Assembly (NCBI GenBank): GCA_013286655.1
Contig: JABDFG010000004.1
Span: forward strand, 7,008-71,007
DNA from: Bacteroidota bacterium
Lineage (GTDB): Bacteria; Bacteroidota; Bacteroidia; JABDFU01
Length of the DNA: 64,000 nt
Direction: 5' to 3'
The notes beneath the pieces are model-generated. The model did no database searches, was not told the origin of the DNA, and saw only the letters and a program-made list of their open reading frames with translations. Shown piece after piece: positions 27,401 to 37,351 of this stretch. The translations under genes were made by a program, and so were the position numbers. The first letter of the stretch is position 1; every line of letters starts with the position of its first letter.

Positions 27401-29191
27401 ATGCAAAACATACGCAACTTCTGTATCATTGCCCATATCGATCACGGTAAAAGCACCCTGGCCGACCGCTTGCTGGAATACACCAAAACCATCTCCAAAC
27501 GGGATATGGAGGCTCAGGTACTGGATGATATGGACCTGGAAAAGGAACGTGGAATTACGATCAAGAGCCATGCGATCCAGATGGAACACCTTTACCAGGA
27601 AAAAAACTACATTTTAAACCTTATTGATACGCCAGGACACGTCGACTTTTCGTATGAAGTATCCCGATCCATTGCGGCCTGCGAAGGCGCGCTGCTGCTT
27701 GTTGACGCAGCGCAGGGCATACAAGCGCAAACGATATCCAACTTATACCTTGCTTTGGACCAGGGATTAACAATTATTCCCGTTCTCAATAAAATCGATT
27801 TGCCCAGCGCCAATCCCGAAGAAGTGAAAGACCAGATTGTTGAACTGATTGGTTGTCAGCGTGAAGAGATCATGGTCGCGTCAGGGAAAACAGGACAAGG
27901 TGTAATGGAAATTCTGAGTGCCATTATCGAACGAATACCTGCCCCAAAAGGTGATCCAGCTGCACCCTTGCAGGCTTTAATTTTCGATTCCGTGTTCAAT
28001 TCTTTCCGGGGCATTATTGCCTATTTCCGGATCATGAATGGGGAGCTTCGGAAAAATGATAAGGTAAAATTTGTCGCTACCGACCGGGAATACAATGCAG
28101 ACGAAATAGGTATTCTTAAAATGACCTTGATTCCTAAGAATCATTTAAGCGTTGGAGATGTCGGCTACATTATTTCGGGTATTAAACAGGCGAACGAAGT
28201 AAAAGTGGGGGATACGATTACGCATGTTGTAAACCCATGTACCGAAATGATCAAAGGTTTTGAAAATGTTAAACCGATGGTCTTTGCCGGTATTTATCCG
28301 GTTGACACCGAAGATTTTGAAGAACTCCGCTCTTCCATGGAAAAGTTGCAACTCAACGATGCTTCCCTTACCTGGGAACCGGAGAGTTCTGCAGCCTTAG
28401 GTTTTGGTTTCCGCTGTGGATTTTTGGGAATGTTACACATGGAAATTATACAGGAACGACTGGAACGTGAGTTCAATATGAGCGTGATCACGACCGTACC
28501 CAACGTATCTTATATTGCCTATACAACAAAAGGAACCCGGCTGGATTTGCGCAATCCTTCCGACTTTCCGGACCCCAGCACACTTGAACGTGTTGAAGAA
28601 CCCTACATAAAGGCTAATATCATTACCAAATCCGAATTTGTTGGTTCTGTTATGAGTTTATGTATGGATAAACGGGGTATTATTCAAAACCAGGTTTACC
28701 TTACTACCGACCGGGTTGAGTTGGTATTCGAGATGCCATTAGGCGAAATCGTATTTGACTTTTACGACAAATTGAAAAGCATTTCCAAAGGCTATGCCTC
28801 TTTTGACTATACACCGATCGCTTACAAAGCATCTGACCTGGTGAAAATGGACATTTTAATCAATGGAGACCCCATTGATGCGCTCTCCGCCCTTATACAC
28901 CGGGACAGATCCTACGACTTCGGAAAAAAGATTTGTGAAAAACTAAAAGAACTGATCCCTAAGCAACAGTTCCAGATTGCCATACAGGCTGCCATCGGAG
29001 CAAAAATCATTTCCCGGGAAACCATATCGGCCATGCGAAAAGATGTTACGGCCAAATGTTACGGAGGTGATATCTCCCGCAAACGTAAACTCCTTGAAAA
29101 ACAAAAAGAAGGCAAAAAGCGAATGCGCCAGATCGGCAGTGTAGAAATTCCTCAAAGTGCTTTTATGGCTGTGTTGAAGCTGAATGATTGA
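27401..29191 (+). CDS. lepA: translation elongation factor 4
   Basis: I chose the ATG at 27401 ([24 protein letters not shown]). This is the conserved LepA N-terminus, and TAGATTTG lies at 27385-27392. The C-terminal LepA-specific domain is present. Confidence 0.95.
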   Translation: MQNIRNFCIIAHIDHGKSTLADRLLEYTKTISKRDMEAQVLDDMDLEKERGITIKSHAIQMEHLYQEKNYILNLIDTPGHVDFSYEVSRSIAACEGALLLVDAAQGIQAQTISNLYLALDQGLTIIPVLNKIDLPSANPEEVKDQIVELIGCQREEIMVASGKTGQGVMEILSAIIERIPAPKGDPAAPLQALIFDSVFNSFRGIIAYFRIMNGELRKNDKVKFVATDREYNADEIGILKMTLIPKNHLSVGDVGYIISGIKQANEVKVGDTITHVVNPCTEMIKGFENVKPMVFAGIYPVDTEDFEELRSSMEKLQLNDASLTWEPESSAALGFGFRCGFLGMLHMEIIQERLEREFNMSVITTVPNVSYIAYTTKGTRLDLRNPSDFPDPSTLERVEEPYIKANIITKSEFVGSVMSLCMDKRGIIQNQVYLTTDRVELVFEMPLGEIVFDFYDKLKSISKGYASFDYTPIAYKASDLVKMDILINGDPIDALSALIHRDRSYDFGKKICEKLKELIPKQQFQIAIQAAIGAKIISRETISAMRKDVTAKCYGGDISRKRKLLEKQKEGKKRMRQIGSVEIPQSAFMAVLKLND

Positions 29192-29460
29192 TTAATGCCT
29201 CTATCTTAGACAAAAAGAATGTCTTTTTTCAGTACTTGAAAAATCATTTAGCATCCTTGCAGATAGAAGAAAAGTTGGCAACAACGAGGGGTTACTAACT
29301 CTTATAATAATAAATGAGAGAGCATGGCGGAAATAGACTTCTTATTGCAGAAAGCGCTGAGTCGAATTCTCATCAGGAGTTTAATGTTTGTATAGATTTA
29401 AATGGACTTGCTAAAACCCGTTGACAGCGTTTTTCGTAAATTGTCCTAGATTAAAATGTT

Positions 29461-29727
29461 TTGTTCAAAACGACACTTTTAAGTTTAGCATTGTGGGTTC
29501 CTTGTCAGCTGAGCGCCCAAACAAATCTCAGCGACAAGACCAATTCTCTTCTGCATAATAATGCCTCCAACCCTGGTTTCATTGAAAATAAGGGGCAAAT
29601 CGTTGACCAGGACAATAAACCTAACCCAGGCTGCCTGTACCTTCTTAACTTAAAGGACTTTAAGGTTCAATTGCGTAAGGATGGATTTTCGTATGAGGTT
29701 AAAATAAACATTTTACTTATTAATTAG
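29461..29727 (+). pseudogene. probable 5' remnant of a secreted T9SS-cargo-type gene
   Basis: 88-aa TTG-initiated ORF. A signal peptide is followed by GFIENKGQIVDQDNKPNP..LYLLN...QLRKDGFSYE, an N-terminal module that normally opens much larger Bacteroidota surface proteins. Here it terminates abruptly in AT-rich sequence. Confidence 0.4.
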
Positions 29728-29929
29728 AAAACAAACTACAATTAGAAACTTAATGTTTAGCCATAGATTTATTTGACAAGCAGAAACCGAATACATAATT
29801 TAGCCCATCAAATTCTAACTGCATAAATTGGGCTACAGTCTACCTCGGTGAAGGCTTTAAGTTTATTGTCTGCATTAGCCTTTGAGTACAAACCAACGAA
29901 CGTCGCTACTAATTTTTGAAAATTTATTT

Positions 29930-32593
29930 ATGAAAAACACTTTACATAAAATTAGCAAAGGACTAATTTATCTCAGTTTGGGAATTTTAATTGCATCAGA
30001 ATCTCTTCCTGCACAACATGTTTACCCATCAGCTGGCGCCTTTTGGGTGGGAGGTAATGGAAACTATAATCCCACTGATAGTGCAACCAGAGCACAGGGA
30101 TTAAAAACAGATACTAACGTTTTCAACTGGGAAGCACATCATGCAGATTTTGGTGCCTGGATGACAGCTTCCTATTGGTATAACAATAATAACAATTTTA
30201 CACTTTTGGATTACATGTATACCGGACAGATAAGCCACGATGGCTTGTATGTTTGGGAAATTGGCTTTCACGAGCAGGCGATCCGTTTAGGGCATAATTG
30301 GGAAAATTACTTTCTTCATTATAGCCAGGATACCTGGCTCACTTATACCACGTTATATGGAGATTCCTGTGCCTGGGCCGGTGTTGCTTCCGGTGTTGGC
30401 TATACAAGGAGTTCCAGTGATCAAAATGGGCCTGTCCTGCATGGTACAGGAACATGGCATGCCGATATTTTTCAGTATGTCCCGGAGGGAGGAGCCTTCT
30501 ATCTGGTAAATCCGGATAAATTCGGAGAAGCTACGCTCTCTTTCGCTACAGGTGGAACTAATGGAACAATTAGTATTGAATATGCTTCAGCGGTGGATGC
30601 TTATTTCAATGTAACCCAATGGAGTCCTTTGAATCTGACCAGTGATGGAACAAATAATTTTAGTCAGAATGGGAGAATAAGCTGGGCACCTCCTGCTAAC
30701 TGGGTATGGGGGAATAACAGTTCGCTTCAGTTGGCAGACCGGAAAAATTTTGGTTACTGGATTCGCGTTACGGGTACAGGGTATAGTCAGATGCCGATTT
30801 TATCTAATCTCAAAACAAGACAATATCTTGGTCTTGCCAATTACACCTTAGACCCCTCTGGTCCACTTATTACTACGGGCCCAAAGTTTTTATTGAATCT
30901 AGGATGGGATTCCATCAATGACCGCAATCACGACGGATATGTAGATGACTCTGAATACCAAAGCCTGCTGGATCCAAATGCCAAGGCCCGTTTCCGGTAC
31001 GAAGCGCGACTGGCATTGAATAACGTCGGTTTCTGGGACTATTGGTCACCATGCATGACAAATACAGGAAATCCACAGTACCAGCAGGACATAGGAGCAT
31101 TCTATCGGTCTAGTTGGGAAAGCAATGGTGTAAAAGGGGGGTACAACGATAATTTTTTTGTTAATCTCAATAAGTGGTTCTTTCCGGTTCTGGCCGGAGG
31201 CCTGCTGACCCCAGAGGGGCCGATTCGGGGACCTGTCCAGGATACCTCAGCAAATTTGGCTTACAGTACGGGCTTCGCTGCCACACTTAAGGCTGTGAAA
31301 AATAGCACAGGCAGTAATTGGATCGGAGCGAATATTTACTTCATCAATCCTTATGATTACCATGATTATTGCGTTCCCTACCCGGATTTGGGAAAGGAAA
31401 TGCTGAATTCGGGCGCTTTTGATTGGTTACTCTCAGAAGCTACGATTTACGATTCCTGGTCCATGGTGGATGCATCTTCTTTTTTGGGACCGTTTTCAGG
31501 TCTAAGTCGGATATGGAATATCCCGGCATGGGCAAAGGCTGGAAAAAAATCGGCCATCATGGCCAGAGTCGGTTCTTACCTTCTGACTCCACCGAGTACA
31601 GAAGCCAAATGGGAACGCTCCCAGATGGGAATATTGGCTGAGTATTACCTTTATCATTTCCCAAATCTGACGTCGTTGCAAACCATTTATACCAATTGTG
31701 GTGATATTACACAGCTAACAGATACATCTAATTATTATAAAAAGGGTGTTCCTAAAAATTATGCTTATCAACAGCACGCTATGATGGCCGTTGACATCGG
31801 TACTCCAACAGGCATGATGCCTCGGCAGGGAGTGTATCGTCCTATGCAATATACAGCACGGGTTGATGGAACCGGCGAGCTTAATAATACGGTTGTTGGA
31901 AATTCTATTGGCACGGTATTAAATCATCCCGTCTATGGTTCTATTCCTGTGCTTCCGACGGCCACCTATTATCTGGACACGATTGCCAACGCACCTTATA
32001 CAACGATTGTTAATGACCCGAATGGACATCCTTTTCCGGCAGAAGTTGTTTTGGCAAGACAATACACCAAAGGGATGGTGGTCTTCCGTACTTCTTTTAC
32101 TGCACCAACAAATTTTTTGGAATATAGTTCTGATGCAAATGAAATTACTGTTAATCTGCCGGGATCTTATTATAGAGTAAATTATGACGGAACTCTAGGA
32201 CCTTTATCAAATCAGGTCAGACTGCATGGTTTTGAGGGTGCAGTGTTCACAAACACAAGCACAGCACCCGGAGATATAGGTATTCGCACTAGGAAAAACA
32301 ACATGATACTCAACGATTCGTCAAGCACAACTATCATAGTTTACCCCAACCCCTGCTCAACACAGAATATGGAATCTCAGATCAATTTCGGTCAAATACC
32401 TGCGGGCAGCAACATGAAATTATTTTCCATGTCAACGGGTCGCCTGATAAAGACCATGATCGGATTATCGGGAACAGCATACTGGGATCTTACCAATGAT
32501 TCAGGAGAAAGTGTTGCGTCGGGAATATACCTCTATGCAATTACAGACCAGCAAAACAATACGGTCCGTGGGAAAGTTTGCGTTATACGTTAA
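29930..32593 (+). CDS. large secreted protein of unknown function with a T9SS type-A / FlgD-Ig-like C-terminal domain
   Basis: I chose the ATG at 29930 (MKNTLHKISKGLIYLSLGILIASESLPAQ). The C-terminus is VYPNPCS...GIYLYAITDQQNNTVRGKVCVIR. I could not place the ~800-aa N-terminal body in any family with confidence. Confidence 0.65.
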   Translation: MKNTLHKISKGLIYLSLGILIASESLPAQHVYPSAGAFWVGGNGNYNPTDSATRAQGLKTDTNVFNWEAHHADFGAWMTASYWYNNNNNFTLLDYMYTGQISHDGLYVWEIGFHEQAIRLGHNWENYFLHYSQDTWLTYTTLYGDSCAWAGVASGVGYTRSSSDQNGPVLHGTGTWHADIFQYVPEGGAFYLVNPDKFGEATLSFATGGTNGTISIEYASAVDAYFNVTQWSPLNLTSDGTNNFSQNGRISWAPPANWVWGNNSSLQLADRKNFGYWIRVTGTGYSQMPILSNLKTRQYLGLANYTLDPSGPLITTGPKFLLNLGWDSINDRNHDGYVDDSEYQSLLDPNAKARFRYEARLALNNVGFWDYWSPCMTNTGNPQYQQDIGAFYRSSWESNGVKGGYNDNFFVNLNKWFFPVLAGGLLTPEGPIRGPVQDTSANLAYSTGFAATLKAVKNSTGSNWIGANIYFINPYDYHDYCVPYPDLGKEMLNSGAFDWLLSEATIYDSWSMVDASSFLGPFSGLSRIWNIPAWAKAGKKSAIMARVGSYLLTPPSTEAKWERSQMGILAEYYLYHFPNLTSLQTIYTNCGDITQLTDTSNYYKKGVPKNYAYQQHAMMAVDIGTPTGMMPRQGVYRPMQYTARVDGTGELNNTVVGNSIGTVLNHPVYGSIPVLPTATYYLDTIANAPYTTIVNDPNGHPFPAEVVLARQYTKGMVVFRTSFTAPTNFLEYSSDANEITVNLPGSYYRVNYDGTLGPLSNQVRLHGFEGAVFTNTSTAPGDIGIRTRKNNMILNDSSSTTIIVYPNPCSTQNMESQINFGQIPAGSNMKLFSMSTGRLIKTMIGLSGTAYWDLTNDSGESVASGIYLYAITDQQNNTVRGKVCVIR

Positions 32594-32648
32594 AAATCAA
32601 AACGTAGTCAATTACAATTTGGCACTCAGGTGAATGCATAGCTGAAAA

Positions 32649-33521
32649 CTATGATCTAAACTCTATTTTAAAAATGGTCCCTTTCGGTTTATTATCCAGA
32701 ACCTTTATCCCTCCACCATGTTCTTCCACCAGGTGTTTGACAATGTACAGTCCCAGACCCGTCCCTTTAGTGGTACGGGTTTCCTCTTTACCAACCCGGT
32801 AAAATTTCTCAAATACCTGCTTCTTATTTTCGTCGCTGATTCCATAGCCCTCGTCTGTAACACTCAGTAAAAAAGCAGGACCTGCTTTTTTAAGTTCCAC
32901 CGATATCTGGGATCCCTTGGCCGAGTATTTACAGGCATTATCCAACAAATTAAGAATAATGGAAGCAAAATGAGTGTTATCAATTTTAAAACGCAGGCCC
33001 GGTTCAATCGTAAAAATCAAGCGATGATCGGGTGCGGTCCCTGGACGGGATAATAAATCCAGGAGATATTCGGAGAGGTCCTCTTCCTTCCGGTGCAATA
33101 CAAAATTACTCTTGTCAATTTGTGCAGCCAGCAATATATTTTCAACAAGAGCATTTAACCTGTCCGTATCCCCTATGGCATTTCTTAAAATGCTCTTTTG
33201 TTTCTCCCGCTCAATGTCTCTTAACAATAACGTTTCCAATTGCAATCGGGCAGAAGCTATGGGTGATTTCAATTCATGTGTAACCGAAAGCAGAAAATTA
33301 CTCTGCTGTCGTGCCAGCTGCGTTTCTTTTCTAAATGTTCTTCTGATCCTTACCACTCCGACAAGCAATAAAACCAGAAAAACACTACCCTCCCCAATCA
33401 CCATGAACCATTTCTTATTCAACTTAAGCATTAGGTAGCCCCACCAGGTAAACTGCAGCAGGACGTACGTCAAAAGCAAATAAAATCCAATTAAAGAAGG
33501 TGATTTCCGTTTTTTAAACAT
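32649..33521 (-). CDS. membrane sensor histidine kinase (HisKA + HATPase_c), no adjacent response regulator
   Basis: 290 aa with two TM helices, H-box SVTHELKSPIA, N-box LLDNACKYS and G-boxes DEGYGI / GTGLGLYIV. Confidence 0.9.
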   Translation of the reverse strand: MFKKRKSPSLIGFYLLLTYVLLQFTWWGYLMLKLNKKWFMVIGEGSVFLVLLLVGVVRIRRTFRKETQLARQQSNFLLSVTHELKSPIASARLQLETLLLRDIEREKQKSILRNAIGDTDRLNALVENILLAAQIDKSNFVLHRKEEDLSEYLLDLLSRPGTAPDHRLIFTIEPGLRFKIDNTHFASIILNLLDNACKYSAKGSQISVELKKAGPAFLLSVTDEGYGISDENKKQVFEKFYRVGKEETRTTKGTGLGLYIVKHLVEEHGGGIKVLDNKPKGTIFKIEFRS

Positions 33522-33525
33522 TAAA

Positions 33526-33533
33526 CAAATTTA
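33526..33533 (-). promoter_or_regulatory. -7 box TAAATTTG upstream of the orphan histidine kinase
   Basis: Exact match on the minus strand, with 4 nt between the box and the ATG at 33521. Confidence 0.4.
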
Positions 33534-33584
33534 CACATTCAACTGCATATTGTGATTTCATTTCCTTTTTATACTTTAGTCGCG

Positions 33585-35711
33585 ATGATGAGGCACTATC
33601 TGTTTTTATTGGGTTTTTTATTTTGTTTGAATAGTTTTGCCGTGAACTACAGAACAGATTCACTGCTGCGTGTTCTGGCCATGCAGCCTGATGATTCCAA
33701 CAAGGTAAAAACGCTCAATTTCCTTTGCCAGACTTTTTCTGATCAAAGAGACTACAAAAAAACCATAACATATGCCTTTCAGGCGATTTCGCTCGCACGA
33801 ACGGTAAATTACAAAAGAGGCCTTGGGGAAGGATACTGGAACCTGGGCTATGGGCAGAGTTACGATACTTATTTTAATGATAAAATTGTAGATTACAGTG
33901 AAGGCCTGAAAAATTACTTCATCGCTGAAAAGATTTTCGCCGAATTGGGGAATAAAAAATTTCTCGCCAAAATATGCTACTCGATAGCAGATAATTATGA
34001 ATATGAATCCAATTTCAATAAGGCAATCGAATATTTCATAAAATCCTCCGGTTATGCGGAAGAAAGCAAAATGGATTCTATTTTTTTTGAAAGTAAATTA
34101 CGTGTCGCGGGCATATTTATTTCCATTAATGATCCGGAAAAAGCACTGCCCTATTTTAAATCAACCCTCGATCTGGCAATTTCAAACAGGGATACCTTGC
34201 ACATTGTATCTTCTTTAAAGGGAATGGCTCGTCTACAATATATTAATAAAGAATATGATAATGCTTTACAAACTAATTACAATGCGTTAAAACTTTCGAG
34301 AAATCTTAAAGATTCTCTCAAAAGAGGAGAAATCCATCGGGCAATCGGTTCTATCTTCTACGAACGGGGAAAATACGAAGAAGCTCTTCATCATTTTTTA
34401 AGCGCCTACGCAATCTACAGCAAGTCTAAAGACCGAAGAATCATCTCGGATGCACTTTCCTGTATCGCCGATGTTTACTTCCAGAAAAAAAAATATTCCG
34501 AAGCACTTTCCTACTATAAACGTTCTTTCGATATGAGTACTGCTATTGGCTTGCCCGAGTCAATTGCCACTGCAGAACAGTCCATGAGCGCCACTTACGA
34601 GCAAACCGGTGATTATAAGCTGGCGCTTGAATATTATAAAAGAGCCGTTATTATCAATGATAGTATTCTGGATTTTAAAAAGACCAAAGAAATAACGCGC
34701 AATGAAATGCAGTATCAATTCGACAAAAAGGAAGCAGTAAAAAAAGCAGCTCAGGATATAAGAGATGCTGTATCATCCGAGAATCTAAAACATCAGAAAT
34801 TTATCCGGAATATTTTTATCGCCGGATTTTTACTGATGCTGATATTTGCTTTTTTTATTCTTCAGGGTTATCAGCAAAAGAAAAAAGCAAACAAAATCAT
34901 TTCTAAACAAAAACGCGAAGTAGAACTTCAAAAAGAAATTACAGAAGAAAAAAACAACGAAATCATTGCCAGTATTACCTATGCCAAACTGATTCAATTG
35001 GCCATACTTCCAGCCTCCTCAGACATTGAATCTATATTCCCGGATAGTTTCGTTCTGTTTAAACCCAAAGCTATTGTTAGCGGAGATTTTTACTGGATGC
35101 AGGAAAAAAACGATTTTATTTATTACGCAGTTGCTGATTGCACAGGTCACGGTGTTCCGGGAGGGTTTATGAGTATGCTGGGCTCTTCTCTGCTGAATGA
35201 AATCGTTCTGGAACGAAATGCTACCGAACCTGCTGAAATACTAAATATGTTGCGTGACAAAATCATCAATGCGCTCAAACAAAAAGGCGCTATCGGAGAA
35301 AATCAGGATGGAATGGACATTGTCCTTTTCCGCATGGACAAACTGCATCAGACACTTACCTATTCTGCTGCCAATAATCCTTTATGGATTATTCAAGAAG
35401 ACAAACTGATGGAATATGCATATGACAAACAACCGGTCGGTATTTCAATTGGAGAGCGGAAATCTTTTAATCAAAAAAGTATTGCGCTTCGCAAAGGAGA
35501 TTGCATCTACGCTTTCAGTGATGGTTTTGCCGATCAATTTGGAGGAAGTGAAGGAAAAAAATTCAAAAGCAAACTTTTTCGGAACCTTCTTCAATCTATC
35601 CATCAGCTGTCAATGAAGGAGCAGAAAGCCATTATCAATAAGACATTCGAGGACTGGAAAGGGATCTTCGAACAAATAGATGATGTCTGTATTATAGGTA
35701 TTCGCATTTAG
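33585..35711 (+). CDS. TPR-repeat sensor fused through one TM helix to a PP2C/SpoIIE-type serine phosphatase
   Basis: I chose the ATG at 33585 (MMRHYLFLLGFLFCLNSFA). About 350 aa of TPR-like repeats are followed by the TM segment IFIAGFLLMLIFAFFILQG and a coiled region. SpoIIE motifs are present (GDFYW, DCTGHGVPGGFMS, SDGFADQFGG). Confidence 0.85.
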   Translation: MMRHYLFLLGFLFCLNSFAVNYRTDSLLRVLAMQPDDSNKVKTLNFLCQTFSDQRDYKKTITYAFQAISLARTVNYKRGLGEGYWNLGYGQSYDTYFNDKIVDYSEGLKNYFIAEKIFAELGNKKFLAKICYSIADNYEYESNFNKAIEYFIKSSGYAEESKMDSIFFESKLRVAGIFISINDPEKALPYFKSTLDLAISNRDTLHIVSSLKGMARLQYINKEYDNALQTNYNALKLSRNLKDSLKRGEIHRAIGSIFYERGKYEEALHHFLSAYAIYSKSKDRRIISDALSCIADVYFQKKKYSEALSYYKRSFDMSTAIGLPESIATAEQSMSATYEQTGDYKLALEYYKRAVIINDSILDFKKTKEITRNEMQYQFDKKEAVKKAAQDIRDAVSSENLKHQKFIRNIFIAGFLLMLIFAFFILQGYQQKKKANKIISKQKREVELQKEITEEKNNEIIASITYAKLIQLAILPASSDIESIFPDSFVLFKPKAIVSGDFYWMQEKNDFIYYAVADCTGHGVPGGFMSMLGSSLLNEIVLERNATEPAEILNMLRDKIINALKQKGAIGENQDGMDIVLFRMDKLHQTLTYSAANNPLWIIQEDKLMEYAYDKQPVGISIGERKSFNQKSIALRKGDCIYAFSDGFADQFGGSEGKKFKSKLFRNLLQSIHQLSMKEQKAIINKTFEDWKGIFEQIDDVCIIGIRI

Positions 35712-35762
35712 GTATAAATACCTAGTTTCTCTATGATCGAAAACTTATAATTTTGGCCCATC

Positions 35763-36182
35763 ATGCCTAAAATAGCCTCTGACACCGACTACTTCTACCT
35801 TGAACTAAAAGAGGGTATTATCCATTTCCAACACAAACCAGGCACAATTGATCTGACAATGGCGAAAAAGATTGTGGAAGAACGCCTGCGTCTTTTTAAT
35901 GGTCGTTCATATCCTCTTCTTATTACCGGAGAGGGTCTCGCTGATATCAGTAAAGATGCCCGACTGTACCTGTCCTCTGACAAAGGAACAGAAGGTATTT
36001 TGGCCGGAGCGCTCCTCAGCAATTCTGTTTTCGAAACATTCCTTGGCAATTTCATCATCCAGGTTACACGGCCAGGTATACCCGTCAGGTTATTCATGGA
36101 AAAGTGGAAGGCACTGGAGTGGCTGGAGCAATTCAAGACCGTTAACCTGAAACAAAAAATAAGCTGTGGATCCGAGGTATAA
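35763..36182 (+). CDS. STAS/SpoIIAA-like small protein (tentative)
   Basis: 139 aa. The pattern of alternating beta/alpha segments ending in ...VRLFMEKWKALEWLEQF resembles STAS/SEC14-like (SpoIIAA-like) domain proteins. The ORF overlaps the next gene by 17 nt. Confidence 0.45.
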   Translation: MPKIASDTDYFYLELKEGIIHFQHKPGTIDLTMAKKIVEERLRLFNGRSYPLLITGEGLADISKDARLYLSSDKGTEGILAGALLSNSVFETFLGNFIIQVTRPGIPVRLFMEKWKALEWLEQFKTVNLKQKISCGSEV

Positions 36183-37347
36183 AAAAATAAGCGATTTGCT
36201 GATCGACTATTCCATGGGGCATTTCGAAAACCGGATAGAACTATCGGAAAAGCTGGATGAAACCGACGCTTTTATCTCGGGAATTAACATGCTGGGAGAA
36301 GAATTAAAGACCACAACAATTTCCCGCAATTACTTTAACAATATATTTAATTCCGTATCCGATATGATTTTTGTTCTGACGGATGGCGGGATGATTGAGA
36401 ATGTAAACCGGACGGCGCTTGAAAAACTGGACAAAAAGTATTCCGATTTGATTGGACTTCCTATTGATCAATTGCTGGTAGAAGGGGAAAAACCCTTGTT
36501 CGAATTTATTAAAAAAAAGCTGGGCAATTCTAATCAGGGAGTTGAAGCAGAAAAAAAATTCAAAACCTCCCCGACAGATTATATCCCAGCCTCCTGCTCT
36601 GTCAATTTTCTTCACCGGGAAGTTAAAGGTGAACTAAGGTATCTGGTAACGGTTCGTGATTTGAGCAAACAAAAAGAAATGGAAAATCTCGTGATACGAA
36701 CCATTGTTGATACACTGGAAAATGAACGAATCCGCGTAGCCAAAGATCTGCATGACAGCCTTGGACAACAACTCTCGGCGGTAAAATTTTACCTGGAAAC
36801 ACTTATTAATATTACCGAAGACAAAAAAATCAGCCCGATTCTGACAAAATCAGGCGATGCCCTGAAAGCGGCCCAAGCAGAACTCCGGGAAATTTGTTTT
36901 GATCTGATGCCCATGACCTTGGAAACCTATGGGTTGGTTGAATCCGTTCACGAACTATGCCGGAAAATCGGACATAAAAATTTGCTGGAATTCATTATTC
37001 TTCCGGACAAGCACTTCCCCTTATTAAATAAACAGCTCGAAATAGCTATTTTCAGGATCGTACAGGAGTTCATCAACAATTCTATTAAACATGGAAGGGC
37101 TACCAGGATCACTCTGAAATTTAACTTTGGCAGGGATAAGGATGAAGTGAAAATTGAATTGAAGGACGATGGAAAAGGTTTTGATAAAAACAAATTATAC
37201 TCAGGTTCGGGTACGGGTATGGGCCTTCAGAATGTCCGCTCGCGCATCCGTTCGTATGATGGAACTATAAAAATAAACAGCCTGCCCGGGAAAGGCACGG
37301 AATATGGCATCCTTATCCCTTTAAACAAAACGACACTTCAACGCTGA
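36166..37347 (+). CDS. cytoplasmic PAS-domain sensor histidine kinase (HisKA_3 / NarX-DegS type)
   Basis: 393 aa. PAS-like region (FNSVSDMIFVLTDGG), H-box AKDLHDSLGQQLS and HATPase motifs (NNSIKHG, DDGKGF, GTGMGLQNVRSR). The start is either GTG at 36166 or ATG at 36214. Confidence 0.85.
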   Translation: MDPRYKKISDLLIDYSMGHFENRIELSEKLDETDAFISGINMLGEELKTTTISRNYFNNIFNSVSDMIFVLTDGGMIENVNRTALEKLDKKYSDLIGLPIDQLLVEGEKPLFEFIKKKLGNSNQGVEAEKKFKTSPTDYIPASCSVNFLHREVKGELRYLVTVRDLSKQKEMENLVIRTIVDTLENERIRVAKDLHDSLGQQLSAVKFYLETLINITEDKKISPILTKSGDALKAAQAELREICFDLMPMTLETYGLVESVHELCRKIGHKNLLEFIILPDKHFPLLNKQLEIAIFRIVQEFINNSIKHGRATRITLKFNFGRDKDEVKIELKDDGKGFDKNKLYSGSGTGMGLQNVRSRIRSYDGTIKINSLPGKGTEYGILIPLNKTTLQR

Positions 37348-37351
37348 ACAT

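Noticed and set aside
29208-29229. Possible lepA terminator (agaca-aaaagaa-tgtct followed by ttttt).
   Set aside because: The stem is only 5 bp, so its stability is doubtful.
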